In this document: positions 13,781 to 22,538 of the stretch, piece after piece
Numbering within the stretch: the stretch's first letter is position 1
How the letters are laid out: each line of letters starts with the position of its first letter
Assembly (NCBI GenBank): GCA_965198005.1
Contig: CBDAOI010000004.1
Location: 480,001-544,000 of the forward strand
DNA: 64,000 nucleotides
Direction: 5' to 3'
DNA from: Spirochaetia bacterium
GTDB taxonomy: Bacteria > Spirochaetota > Spirochaetia > SZUA-6 > Bin103
Position numbers and translations under genes: made by a program
Notes under the pieces: model-generated
Told to the model about the DNA's origin: nothing
Database searches by the model: none
What the model saw: only the letters and a program-made list of their open reading frames with translations

Positions 13781-14860
13781 ATGCTGTTCCTGCTGATCCT
13801 GTTCGCCGCAACGCTCGGGCTTTCGTTTCTGTGCTCGATCCTGGAGGCGGTGATCCTGAGCGTCACGCCCACCTACGTCGCCGCCCTGGAGAAGAAAGAG
13901 CCGCGCGTCGGCGCCCTGCTGGCCCGCTTCAAGCGCGACGCCGACCGGCCGCTGGCTGCCATTCTGGCGTTGAACACCATCGCCAACACCGCCGGCGCTA
14001 CCGGTGTCGGCGCCCAGGCGCTGGCGGTGTTCGGCCGCCCGTGGGTCGGGATCGTGTCGGCACTCTTGACGTTGCTGGTCCTGTTCGTGTCCGAGATCAT
14101 CCCCAAGACGATCGGGGCCACCCATTGGCGGTCGCTGGCGCAGTTTGCGACGTACACCACCAACGGCCTGATCTACGCGCTGTACCCGTTCGTGCTCGGC
14201 GGCGGCTTCGTGCGCCGGTTGCTGCAGCGCAACCGCCGGCCCCCGGCGCGGGTGAGCGAGGACGAGGTGCAGGCGATGGTCGAGCTGGGGAGCGCCGAGG
14301 GGGTGCTGCGTGACAGCGAATCGCGCGTGCTCACCAACGTGATCCGGTTCGGGTCGCTGCGCGTGCGCGCGATCATGACGCCGCGTACGGTGGTGGTGGC
14401 GTTCCCGGAAGAAACCACCGTGGGGGAGTTGATGGCCCGCACGGCGGCGCACCGTTTCTCACGGATTCCGATCTATACCGGCGACGTCGACACCGTGACC
14501 GGCTACGTCCTGATGAACGACGTGCTGTTGAGCGCCGCCGAGGGCCATCCCGACCGCGGGATCGTCGCGCTGCGCCGCGCGATTCGGATGGTGCCCGACA
14601 CGCAACTGCTGCGCGACCTGTTTACCGGGTTTCTCGACCGCCGCGACCACATCGCGGTGCTGGTCGACCAGTACGGCGGGACGGCCGGCATCGTGACCAT
14701 GGAGGACGTGGTGGAGACGCTGTTGGGACTGGAGATCGTGGACGAATCGGACACCGAGATCGACATGCAGATGGAGGCCCGGCGGCAGTGGCAGCGCCGG
14801 GCGCAGCAGATGGGAATCGCCGACCCGGTCGAGCCGGAGCCCGAGGGCGATGCGGTCTGA
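13781..14860 (+). CDS. CNNM/DUF21-CBS domain protein (CorB/HlyC family)
   Basis: SILEAVILS, EIIPKT, IMTPR, HRFSRIP and VDQYGGTAGIVTMEDVVE motifs. Confidence 0.92.
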   Translation: MLFLLILFAATLGLSFLCSILEAVILSVTPTYVAALEKKEPRVGALLARFKRDADRPLAAILALNTIANTAGATGVGAQALAVFGRPWVGIVSALLTLLVLFVSEIIPKTIGATHWRSLAQFATYTTNGLIYALYPFVLGGGFVRRLLQRNRRPPARVSEDEVQAMVELGSAEGVLRDSESRVLTNVIRFGSLRVRAIMTPRTVVVAFPEETTVGELMARTAAHRFSRIPIYTGDVDTVTGYVLMNDVLLSAAEGHPDRGIVALRRAIRMVPDTQLLRDLFTGFLDRRDHIAVLVDQYGGTAGIVTMEDVVETLLGLEIVDESDTEIDMQMEARRQWQRRAQQMGIADPVEPEPEGDAV

Positions 14861-14874
14861 CGGCTTCCCTTGGG

Positions 14875-14921
14875 CTTTGTAGAACAAAGTACTTGATGAA
14901 GCGCGCGTGGCGTGCTATTTT
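14875..14921 (+). promoter_or_regulatory. Inverted-repeat operator plus sigma70 promoter of the minigene-wHTH-uppS operon
   Basis: CTTTGT-AGA-ACAAAG (14875-14889) next to TTGATG(14893)-N17-TATTTT(14916) with an extended TG. Confidence 0.6.
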
Positions 14922-14930
14922 CGTGGTTGT

Positions 14931-15023
14931 ATGCTGAGTACGCTGTCGCAGGCTCCGGACCGCGCCGCCGAGGACCTGCAGTTCATTCGTCACGTGATGG
15001 AGCGCCGGCGCCACGGGGGCTGA
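14931..15023 (+). pseudogene. 30-codon minigene; probable in-frame internal deletion of the membrane protein that usually precedes this regulator
   Basis: MLSTLSQAPDRAAEDLQFIRHVMERRRHGG*, not in the ORF track; starts 9 nt after the -10 box. Confidence 0.6.
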
Positions 15024-15026
15024 CCG

Positions 15027-15392
15027 ATGCTCCGCACCGCACCCGCCGCCGCCCATCTGCTGGAGGTGATCCAGGGGCTGACCACACCCGCCGAGCCGGG
15101 CCTCGACCCGCTGATCCACGAGCGCACCAGGCTGGCCATCATGAGCACGCTGGCCGTGGTCGAGACGATCAGCTTCGGTCAGCTCAAGCGGATGCTGGGC
15201 ACCACCGACGGCAATTTGAGCGTGCACGCGCGCAAGCTGGAGCAGGTCGGTTACGTGGCCGTCACCAAGCGCTTCGACGGCCGCGTGCCGCGTACGACGT
15301 TCCGGCTTACGACCGCCGGTCAGGCGGCGTTGAACGGTTATCTGGGATACATGGAAAGCTTGATCGCAGCGATGAAGGTGGAAGCTTCGTGA
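15027..15392 (+). CDS. Winged helix-turn-helix transcriptional regulator (HTH_34 type)
   Basis: LDPLIHERTRLAIMS...TDGNLSVHARKLEQVGYV...RTTFRLT. Confidence 0.9.
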   Translation: MLRTAPAAAHLLEVIQGLTTPAEPGLDPLIHERTRLAIMSTLAVVETISFGQLKRMLGTTDGNLSVHARKLEQVGYVAVTKRFDGRVPRTTFRLTTAGQAALNGYLGYMESLIAAMKVEAS

Positions 15393-16315
15393 TGGGCGCG
15401 CGACACCACAAGGCAACGGATAACGGCGCAAATGGCGCGAACGGCGTGAAGGGCGCCGCCAACGGGGTCCTCGACGGTGCTGCAAACGGCGCCGCCAATG
15501 GCGCGGCGCACGGCGCGCGCAATGGGTGGCCGGTGCGGTCCGGCGCTACGGGACTGCACGTCGGCATCATCATGGATGGCAACGGACGCTGGGCGGCCGG
15601 CCGGGGCCAGAACCGCTACTACGGCCATCGCGCCGGTGCGCGTGCCGTGCGCGACTGTGTGCGTGCGGCGCCCGATCTGGGGATCCGGATTCTCACGCTG
15701 TATGCGTTCTCCGCCAACAACTGGAAGCGGCCGGAGCCGGAGGTCAGGCTGCTGCTGCGGCTGTTCGAGCGCTATCTCCACGACGAGTTGCGCGAGTGCG
15801 TCGACAATGGCGTGCGGCTGCAGGTGATCGGCCGCCGCGATCGGCTGGGCCCCTCACTGCTTCACGCGATCGCCACCGCCGAGCGGGTGACCGGAGACGG
15901 CCAACGGCTGCTGCTGCGGGTGGCGATCGACTACTCGGCGCGGCACGCGATCATGGCGGCCGCGGCTCGCCTCGGCGTGGCCGCGGACGGCGGCCGATCG
16001 GCAAGCGCCGCGGGATTCGGGGAGCTGGTTGCCGGTGGTCCCGGCACGGGCGGCCCGTTCGCTGGGGCCGATCAGGGCGAGGTCGACCTGATCATCCGCA
16101 CCGGCGGGGAGCAGCGGCTCAGCGACTTCCTGCTGTGGGAGGCGGCCTACGCGGAACTGTACTTCACCGACGTGATGTGGCCGGAGTTCGGACGCCACCA
16201 CCTGCAGGCCGCGGTCGCGGAATTCCACCACCGTGAGCGCCGGTTCGGGTGTATCAACGCTCCCGCGCCGCGTGCGGCACCGGCCGCCGCGCTGTCCGCC
16301 GGCGCGAGCCGGTAA
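15392..16315 (+). CDS. uppS: cis-prenyltransferase (polyprenyl diphosphate synthase)
   Basis: IIMDGNGRWA, YAFSANNWKRP and IRTGGEQRLSDFLLWE motifs; TGATG coupling to the regulator; NGA-repeat N-terminal tail. Confidence 0.93.
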   Translation: MGARHHKATDNGANGANGVKGAANGVLDGAANGAANGAAHGARNGWPVRSGATGLHVGIIMDGNGRWAAGRGQNRYYGHRAGARAVRDCVRAAPDLGIRILTLYAFSANNWKRPEPEVRLLLRLFERYLHDELRECVDNGVRLQVIGRRDRLGPSLLHAIATAERVTGDGQRLLLRVAIDYSARHAIMAAAARLGVAADGGRSASAAGFGELVAGGPGTGGPFAGADQGEVDLIIRTGGEQRLSDFLLWEAAYAELYFTDVMWPEFGRHHLQAAVAEFHHRERRFGCINAPAPRAAPAAALSAGASR

Positions 16316-16353
16316 GCGCCTGCGCGTCCTGAGCACGAGAGCACCCGCGCCGC

Positions 16354-16382
16354 TTGACGCTGTTCGCCAGCGTCACTATGTT
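16354..16382 (+). promoter_or_regulatory. sigma70 promoter with an internal palindrome; leaderless transcript predicted
   Basis: TTGACG-N17-TATGTT ends 6 nt before ATG 16389; TGACGCTG-N5-CAGCGTCA at 16355-16375. Confidence 0.65.
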
Positions 16383-16388
16383 AGCGGC

Positions 16389-16811
16389 ATGTCGTACGAC
16401 CCCGTTCTCGTGCAACCGATGCGCGATGACCTCACCGAGGCAGGTATCCGCGAGCTGACCACCGCCGACGAGGTGGACCGGTTTCTGGCCGACAGGACCG
16501 GCTCCGCCATGATCGTGATCAATTCGGTCTGTGGCTGTGCCGCCGGCAGTGCGCGTCCGGGTATCAAGCTGGCGCTCCGCCATGAGCTGACGCCGGACCG
16601 CGTCGCCACCGTGTTCGCCGGTCAGGACCTCGAGGCCACTGCCCAGGTACGCAGCTATTTCGCCCGTATCCCCCCGAGCAGCCCGTCGGTAGCGCTGTTC
16701 CGGGAAGGTGAGCTGGTGTTCATGTACCCCCGGCACCAGATCGAAGGCCGCCGGCCGCAGGTGATCGCCTCCGACCTGGTGGAGGCGTTCGACGAGCACC
16801 TGTCCGCCTGA
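16389..16811 (+). CDS. BrxA/BrxB family bacilliredoxin
   Basis: INSVCGCAAGSARPG, TVFAGQDLEAT, PPSSPS and RHQIEGR motifs. Confidence 0.93.
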   Translation: MSYDPVLVQPMRDDLTEAGIRELTTADEVDRFLADRTGSAMIVINSVCGCAAGSARPGIKLALRHELTPDRVATVFAGQDLEATAQVRSYFARIPPSSPSVALFREGELVFMYPRHQIEGRRPQVIASDLVEAFDEHLSA

Positions 16812-16849
16812 CGCGCGCGCGTCAGGCAGGTGGCGACGACCGGTTGGCG

Positions 16850-17152
16850 ATGACCACCCGACACGCGGCCAAGGGTGACCTGCACGGTATTACCGTGGTG
16901 GTCGATACCTCCGGCGCCGAGTTGTTCATCGGCCGGTTCTTCGAGCAGCGCGCGGAGGGCATCGTTCTGCTGGACGTTGCGCGCCACGTCGATACTGCGG
17001 ATGGGCCGTCGAAGGCGGAGTACGTCCGTAGCGCGGCGCGCTACGGACAATGGAAGGAGATGGATCGGGTAGTGGTGCCGTCGCCGGTCGTGCGCTCGGT
17101 CACCCGACTGGCTGACGCCGTCTCGGCCGACTTCGCACCACCTCGCGGCTGA
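16850..17152 (+). CDS. Hypothetical protein downstream of the bacilliredoxin
   Basis: Compact beta-rich ORF (LHGITVVVDT...FIGRF...IVLLDV) with typical codon usage. Confidence 0.7.
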   Translation: MTTRHAAKGDLHGITVVVDTSGAELFIGRFFEQRAEGIVLLDVARHVDTADGPSKAEYVRSAARYGQWKEMDRVVVPSPVVRSVTRLADAVSADFAPPRG

Positions 17153-17163
17153 CGGTCTGTCCG

Positions 17164-17775
17164 ATGCGACGGGCTCCCGGCGGGCTGCGTCCGCTGCTCT
17201 TTTTCGCCGTGACCCTGGCCGTAACCACCTGCACCCGCGAGCCCGAAGTGCGCGAATACGACGAAGTCGTAATCCGCACCTCTCCGGTGGAGTCCGCGTT
17301 CGACGGCAGCGCCGCCGCCATGACGGCCCCTGCGCCGCTGGTGTGGCAGACGCCGCCGGCGTGGCGGGAGTTGCCGGGCGACAGCATCCGGCTGGCCACC
17401 TTCCTGCTGGAGCGGGGGGAAGCGCGCGCCGAGACTACGGTGGTGATGCTCGGGGGCGCCGCCGGCGGCGTGGAGGCCAACGTCGTGCGCTGGCTCGATC
17501 AGCTCGGCCTGACCCTGCCCGGAGAGGATCTGGAAGCGTTTCTGGCCGCCGGCGAGCCGGTGTCCGGCGACCGCGGGCTGCGGCTCACGCTGTATGACTT
17601 TACCGGCCTGAGGGCGCCGCAGGGGGTGTCGATGCTGGTCGCCGTGGGCCCGGTGCTGGACCAGACCCTGTTCGTGAAGATGTCCGGTGACGGGGCGCTG
17701 GTCGCCGCGGCGCGGTCCGACTTCGTCGGGCTGGTACGCAGCCTGGGGCTGGCTGCGGGGAGCGCCGCCTCGTGA
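17164..17775 (+). CDS. Exported/lipoprotein-like protein linked to cytochrome c biogenesis genes
   Basis: Signal-like N-terminus ending in Cys; WQTPPAW, GGVEANVVRW and FVKMSG motifs; GTGA overlap with the next gene. Confidence 0.7.
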   Translation: MRRAPGGLRPLLFFAVTLAVTTCTREPEVREYDEVVIRTSPVESAFDGSAAAMTAPAPLVWQTPPAWRELPGDSIRLATFLLERGEARAETTVVMLGGAAGGVEANVVRWLDQLGLTLPGEDLEAFLAAGEPVSGDRGLRLTLYDFTGLRAPQGVSMLVAVGPVLDQTLFVKMSGDGALVAAARSDFVGLVRSLGLAAGSAAS

Positions 17776-18917
17776 TCGCTCAGGCGCTCAAACGCTACCC
17801 GGTCGTGCGCGCGCTGGTGGACCTGCGCGTGACCGTGGTGTGCCTCGCGTTGCTGTTCCTGCTCACCTTCCTGGGTACCTTGCACCAAGTCACGGACGGG
17901 CTGTATTCGGCGCAGAAGAAGTACTTCGAATCATTCCTCACCCTCGTCGGAGGGTTCATCCCCCTGCCCGGCGCGCAACTCGTGCTGTGGGTGCTGTTCG
18001 TCAACCTGGTGGCGGCGACCGTCGTCCGGTTTGCCTACACGGTGAAGCGGATCGGGATCCTGATCATCCACGGCGGCCTGTTCGCCCTGTTCTTCGGCAT
18101 GTTCTTCACCCAGTATTTCGCCCAGGAGTCGTTCCTGTCGATGCTGGAGGGCGAGGGTGGGAACGTCACTACCGACTACTTCGAGTGGGAGGTGGCGGTC
18201 TGGGATCCGAGTGCGGCAACGCGGCGGGTGGCGGCCGTGGACGCCGCCGATTTCGCGGCCGGCAACGCGGTGGCTGTTCCGCGCTACGGCCTCGAGCTGC
18301 GCGCCCTGGACCACTACCGGAATGCCCAGGCCTTTACGCGCGCCGGCGGCGAACCGGTACGCTGGATCAATGGCTCGGGCATCGGCCGGCTGGAGGAGGT
18401 CAGGGCGTCGTCCGATCCCCAGAAGAACTTCCCGGGAATGCTGCTCACCGCCGATCTGGCCGCCGGCGGCAGCGCCGGCCTGCTGCTGTACGGCGCCGAC
18501 CTGGCCCCGGCCGCGCTGCCGGTCGGCAATCGCCGGCTGGCGGTGTCGCTGCGGCGCAAGCACTACCGCATGCCCCTGATCCTGACCCTGGACGACTTTC
18601 GTGCCGAGTTCCACCCCAACTCCGATACGCCGCGCAGCTTCGAGAGCGACGTCACCCTGCGCACCCCCGAGTTCACGCGCAGCGTCCGGATCTCGATGAA
18701 CAAGCCGCTGCGGCACGCCGGCTATACCTTCTATCAGGCGTCCTACGCCATCGACGCCACCGGACAGGAGACGTCGACCCTGGCCGTGGTGCACAATCGC
18801 AGCCGCGTGGTGCCCTACTTCGGCACGCTGATCGTAGGGGTGGGACTGGTGGTGCACTTCGTGCAGACCCTGATCCTGCGCCGCCGCCGCGCGCTGCGGG
18901 AGCGCACTGATGGGTAG
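17772..18917 (+). CDS. resB: ResB/CcsB-like cytochrome c biogenesis protein
   Basis: Three N-terminal TM helices with IIHGG, plus ISMNKPLRHAGYTFYQAS. Confidence 0.85.
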   Translation: MIAQALKRYPVVRALVDLRVTVVCLALLFLLTFLGTLHQVTDGLYSAQKKYFESFLTLVGGFIPLPGAQLVLWVLFVNLVAATVVRFAYTVKRIGILIIHGGLFALFFGMFFTQYFAQESFLSMLEGEGGNVTTDYFEWEVAVWDPSAATRRVAAVDAADFAAGNAVAVPRYGLELRALDHYRNAQAFTRAGGEPVRWINGSGIGRLEEVRASSDPQKNFPGMLLTADLAAGGSAGLLLYGADLAPAALPVGNRRLAVSLRRKHYRMPLILTLDDFRAEFHPNSDTPRSFESDVTLRTPEFTRSVRISMNKPLRHAGYTFYQASYAIDATGQETSTLAVVHNRSRVVPYFGTLIVGVGLVVHFVQTLILRRRRALRERTDG

Positions 18918-21039
18918 CTGCCTGAGCCGTGGCTGTCCGAGCCGTGCGCGCCGCGGGAACCGCCTCGCCGCGCTGGTGGCGACGGCCGCCCTGGCGGCTG
19001 CGGCGGTGGGCTGGGGACAGGAAGGCGGCACCGCCACTGACGCCGCCGGCGGACAGAGCGGCTTCGCCGCCGGCGAGCTGCGCGTGGCCGACTTGGCGCC
19101 GCTGCAGCGGGTCGTGGTGGTGGAGGGGGGGCGGCCGATGCCGCTCGACAGCTTCGCCCGGATTACCCTGCTGCGGCTCTCCGGCCGGTCCAGCTTCGCG
19201 CGCCGGCCGGCGATCGAATGGTTCGCGCGGGTGCTGTTCACTCCCAACGAAACCCACGACGATGGCGTGTTCCTGGTCGACAACCCGGAGGTGATCGACG
19301 CCATGGGGCTGGTGTCCCGCGGCCGCGACCGCTACGGCCTGGCGTTTCTGCTCGACGGACTGCCGGAGCTGGAGCGGCTGGCCGAGGACGCCGGCGCCAT
19401 CAGCGAAGACAACCGCACCGTGGTGGAGCGTGAGATTCTGCGCCTGTGGAACAACGTCGGGGCCTACGCCAACCTGCTCTCGACGTTCGCCTTCACCTAT
19501 CCCCATGCCGACTTCCAGGTGGCGGACGCCGCGGCCGCCGCGCTGCTGGAGCTGCCGGGGCCCGGCACCTACAGCTACCTCGACATTGCCTTGCGCGAGG
19601 ACCGGCTGCGGTCCGCCGTCACCGAGGCGGGCCGGGCGCACGCGGCGAGTGGCGCCTTCTCCCGGACCGACGGCCTGCTGCTGCGGCTGGGGCAGAGCCT
19701 GGCGACCTGGCGCGCCAACTTCGACGGGCTGCCCCTGCCGATCATTCCGGTCACCGTGCCGGGCGGGGGCGGGACCCAGTGGCTCACCCCCTGGCAGGCG
19801 CTCGGCGGCGAATTCGTGGGCGGGCTCGGCCGCGACCAGCGCAGCGCGATCGATCGCGAGCTGCTGGCGTTGCGCGACCTGCAGGTAGCCTACCTGGAAG
19901 GCCGCCCGGTGCACTTCGCGCTCGCAGCGCGGCAGTTCAGCGATTCGGTCCAGCAGCGCACCGCGGCCACCCTGGAATTGCAGGACCCGCGGCTGGAGGT
20001 GCTGTACAACGGGATCAACCCTTACAACATCGCCAAGCTGACCTACGGCGCCGGGTTGTTGACGCTCGCGCTCTCGTTCCTGGGTTTTCGGACCTGGCTG
20101 TACCGCCTCAGCCTGGTGCTCCTGGTGGCCGGCTTCGTGCCGCATACCCTCGGTCTGGTGCTGCGCATGCTGATCACCGCGCGCCCGCCGGTAACCAACC
20201 TGTACGAGACGTTCACGTTCGTCGGGTGGGGGTCGGTGGTGTGCGGGATGGTAATGGAGCGCCTGCGCAAGCGCCCGCTGGGCCTGTTCTGCGGGTTGGC
20301 GGGCGGGTTCGTGTTCTTTCTGCTCTCGGCGAAGTTCTCGGCCGAGGGGGACACCATGCCGGTGCTGCAGGCGGTGCTGGACACCAACTTCTGGCTCTCC
20401 ACGCACGTGCTGGTGATCACCACCGGCTACATGACCTGCTGCGTGGCGGGCCTGATCGGCCACGTGTACCTGCTGCAGGCGGTGCTGCCCGGCAGCGGGG
20501 CCGGGACGCGGCGGGCGGAGCGGCTGGCGCGCACCTACCGCACGCTGTTCGGCACGCTGGCCGTTGGGCTGATCTTCTCGTTCGTGGGCACCATGCTCGG
20601 GGGTATCTGGGCTGATCAATCCTGGGGCCGTTTCTGGGGCTGGGACCCGAAGGAGAACGGCGCGCTCATGATCGTCCTGTGGTGCGCGCTTCTGTTCCAC
20701 GCCCGCATGGGCAAGATGATCGGGCCGTTCGGGATGGCGGCGGGCGCGGCGCTGCTGATCATCGTGGTGATGATGGCCTGGTTCGGGATCAACCTGCTGG
20801 GGGTCGGGCTGCACTCCTACGGCTTTACCGAGGGGGTGTTCTGGGGGTTGATGGCTTACATCGCGGCCGAGATCGCGTTCGTGGCGGCGATCGCCGCCTG
20901 GCACCGGAAGCAGCGCCGGCGCGGGTCCTCGGATGCGCCGCCGCCACCGCCGGCAATGGCCGCCGATCCCCCGCCCGCGCCGGGCAGCAACGGTGTCCCG
21001 GCCGCAATCGCGCAATCGCGCAGCCGGGCGGCGCGGTAA
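18910..21039 (+). CDS. ccsA: CcsA/ResC cytochrome c synthase with a large N-terminal periplasmic domain
   Basis: RPPVTNLYET, WLSTHV, WADQSWGRFWGWDPKE (WWD domain) and GLHSYG motifs. Confidence 0.93.
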   Translation: MGSCLSRGCPSRARRGNRLAALVATAALAAAAVGWGQEGGTATDAAGGQSGFAAGELRVADLAPLQRVVVVEGGRPMPLDSFARITLLRLSGRSSFARRPAIEWFARVLFTPNETHDDGVFLVDNPEVIDAMGLVSRGRDRYGLAFLLDGLPELERLAEDAGAISEDNRTVVEREILRLWNNVGAYANLLSTFAFTYPHADFQVADAAAAALLELPGPGTYSYLDIALREDRLRSAVTEAGRAHAASGAFSRTDGLLLRLGQSLATWRANFDGLPLPIIPVTVPGGGGTQWLTPWQALGGEFVGGLGRDQRSAIDRELLALRDLQVAYLEGRPVHFALAARQFSDSVQQRTAATLELQDPRLEVLYNGINPYNIAKLTYGAGLLTLALSFLGFRTWLYRLSLVLLVAGFVPHTLGLVLRMLITARPPVTNLYETFTFVGWGSVVCGMVMERLRKRPLGLFCGLAGGFVFFLLSAKFSAEGDTMPVLQAVLDTNFWLSTHVLVITTGYMTCCVAGLIGHVYLLQAVLPGSGAGTRRAERLARTYRTLFGTLAVGLIFSFVGTMLGGIWADQSWGRFWGWDPKENGALMIVLWCALLFHARMGKMIGPFGMAAGAALLIIVVMMAWFGINLLGVGLHSYGFTEGVFWGLMAYIAAEIAFVAAIAAWHRKQRRRGSSDAPPPPPAMAADPPPAPGSNGVPAAIAQSRSRAAR

Positions 21040-21102
21040 ACTCGCAATCCCGAGCGATCCGGTTAGCCAACCGGCCACCTATCGCTTATTCTTTGAACAG
21101 AG

Positions 21103-21936
21103 ATGGCTTCGGCGGCGGGCACCATGACCTTCCTCGAGCATGCGGCCGAGCTGCGGCGGCGGCTGATCACGTCGCTGGTTGCGGTCATCGCGTGCGCGGT
21201 GGTGTGCTACGTGTTCTACGAGCAGGTGCTGGTGGTGCTGCTGCGGCCGCTGCAGTCGCTGCCCGAGACGTTGGGCGGCGGTGCGGGCGCTGCCGGGGTC
21301 GCTGCCGGCGGAACCGGGGCTGCCGCCGGCGGCGCGGGTGCGGCCGGCGCCGGCGCGGTGGAAGCGCCCCCCGAGTACCTGTTCGTCAACAGCCTGTTCG
21401 AGGGGTTTCTGGTGCGCGTGAAGGTGGCGCTGCTCGCGGGGGCGGTGGTGTCGCTGCCGGTGCACCTCTACAACGTGGTACGGTTCGTGTTTCCGGGCCT
21501 GATGCGGCGGGAACGGCGGGCGGTGACGGTCGCCCTGGCTGCGTCGACCGTGCTGCTGCTGGGCGGTTTCTTTTACGGTTACTACAACGTGATTCCGCTC
21601 TCGGTGCGCTTTCTGGTCAGCGCCGGGTTCATTCCGGACGGGGTCGGCGTGCTGCTCAACTATCAGCGCACGGTGTCCGCGGTGTTCCAGTTCGTGCTGG
21701 TGTTCTCGCTGGTGTTCCAGTTGCCGATCGTGCTGGTGGTGCTGATGATGACCGGCGTGGTGAGCCGGCGCACGCTGCTGCGGGCCAGCCGCTACGTGGT
21801 GGTGGCGATCTTCGCCCTGGCGGCGGTCGTGACCCCGCCGGACGTGGTTTCGCAGGTGAGTATTGCGGTACCAATGATAGGGATGTTCTTTCTATCGATT
21901 CTGGTCGCCAGGCTGCTGGGCTTCGGGGCTGAGTGA
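21103..21936 (+). CDS. tatC: Twin-arginine translocase subunit TatC
   Basis: MTFLEHAAELRRRL, FVFPGL, FQLP and AAVVTPPD motifs. Confidence 0.93.
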   Translation: MASAAGTMTFLEHAAELRRRLITSLVAVIACAVVCYVFYEQVLVVLLRPLQSLPETLGGGAGAAGVAAGGTGAAAGGAGAAGAGAVEAPPEYLFVNSLFEGFLVRVKVALLAGAVVSLPVHLYNVVRFVFPGLMRRERRAVTVALAASTVLLLGGFFYGYYNVIPLSVRFLVSAGFIPDGVGVLLNYQRTVSAVFQFVLVFSLVFQLPIVLVVLMMTGVVSRRTLLRASRYVVVAIFALAAVVTPPDVVSQVSIAVPMIGMFFLSILVARLLGFGAE

Positions 21937-22193
21937 TGTTCGGTCTCGGCATCTGGGAGATTGCCCTGCTCTGTGTCGCGGTGCTGGTGTTCGTGCGGCC
22001 GGACGAGTTGCCCAAGGTGATGCGCACGCTGGGGTCGTTCTACGGCCGGGTAACCGGCACGTCCCGGCACCTCATGCGCCAGATTCAGCAGCCGGTCGAA
22101 TTGGACGATGATGACGATGATGATGACGACCGGCATAGTATTGCCGCCGACCGGACGCGCGACGGCGGCGGCAGGGAGGAGTTGAAACGATGA
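21936..22193 (+). CDS. tatB: TatB-like subunit
   Basis: MFGLGIWEI...PDELPKVMRTLG followed by an acidic tail. Confidence 0.8.
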   Translation: MFGLGIWEIALLCVAVLVFVRPDELPKVMRTLGSFYGRVTGTSRHLMRQIQQPVELDDDDDDDDDRHSIAADRTRDGGGREELKR

Positions 22194-22402
22194 TACCAGG
22201 CGGCGCGGAGTGGATCATAATCGGAGGTGTGGTACTGGTGCTGTTCGGGGCGTCGGCGATCCCGCGGTTCGCCCGTTCCATCGGCCGCGCCAAGCGCGAG
22301 TTCGAGAAGGGCCAGCGCGACGCCACCCGCGACGCGGCTGACTCCCGGCCCCCGGACGACACCGGCGAAGCTCGGCCGGCCCCCCCGCGCGACGACGACT
22401 GA
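22190..22402 (+). CDS. tatA: TatA subunit
   Basis: GGAEWIII...LFGASAIPRFARSIGRAKREFEKG. Confidence 0.88.
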   Translation: MIPGGAEWIIIGGVVLVLFGASAIPRFARSIGRAKREFEKGQRDATRDAADSRPPDDTGEARPAPPRDDD

Positions 22403-22538
22403 CGCGTAGGATGTCGGCTCGCCTGCTCGGAGCCCGCACTCTGGAGGGATTCGCCGGGCGCGTAGATTCCCGCGCGCAGCGCCTGGTGGCCGCGGGGCCG
22501 CTGCCGGTCGCGTAAGATTGCGCTGCTCAGAAGACTTG

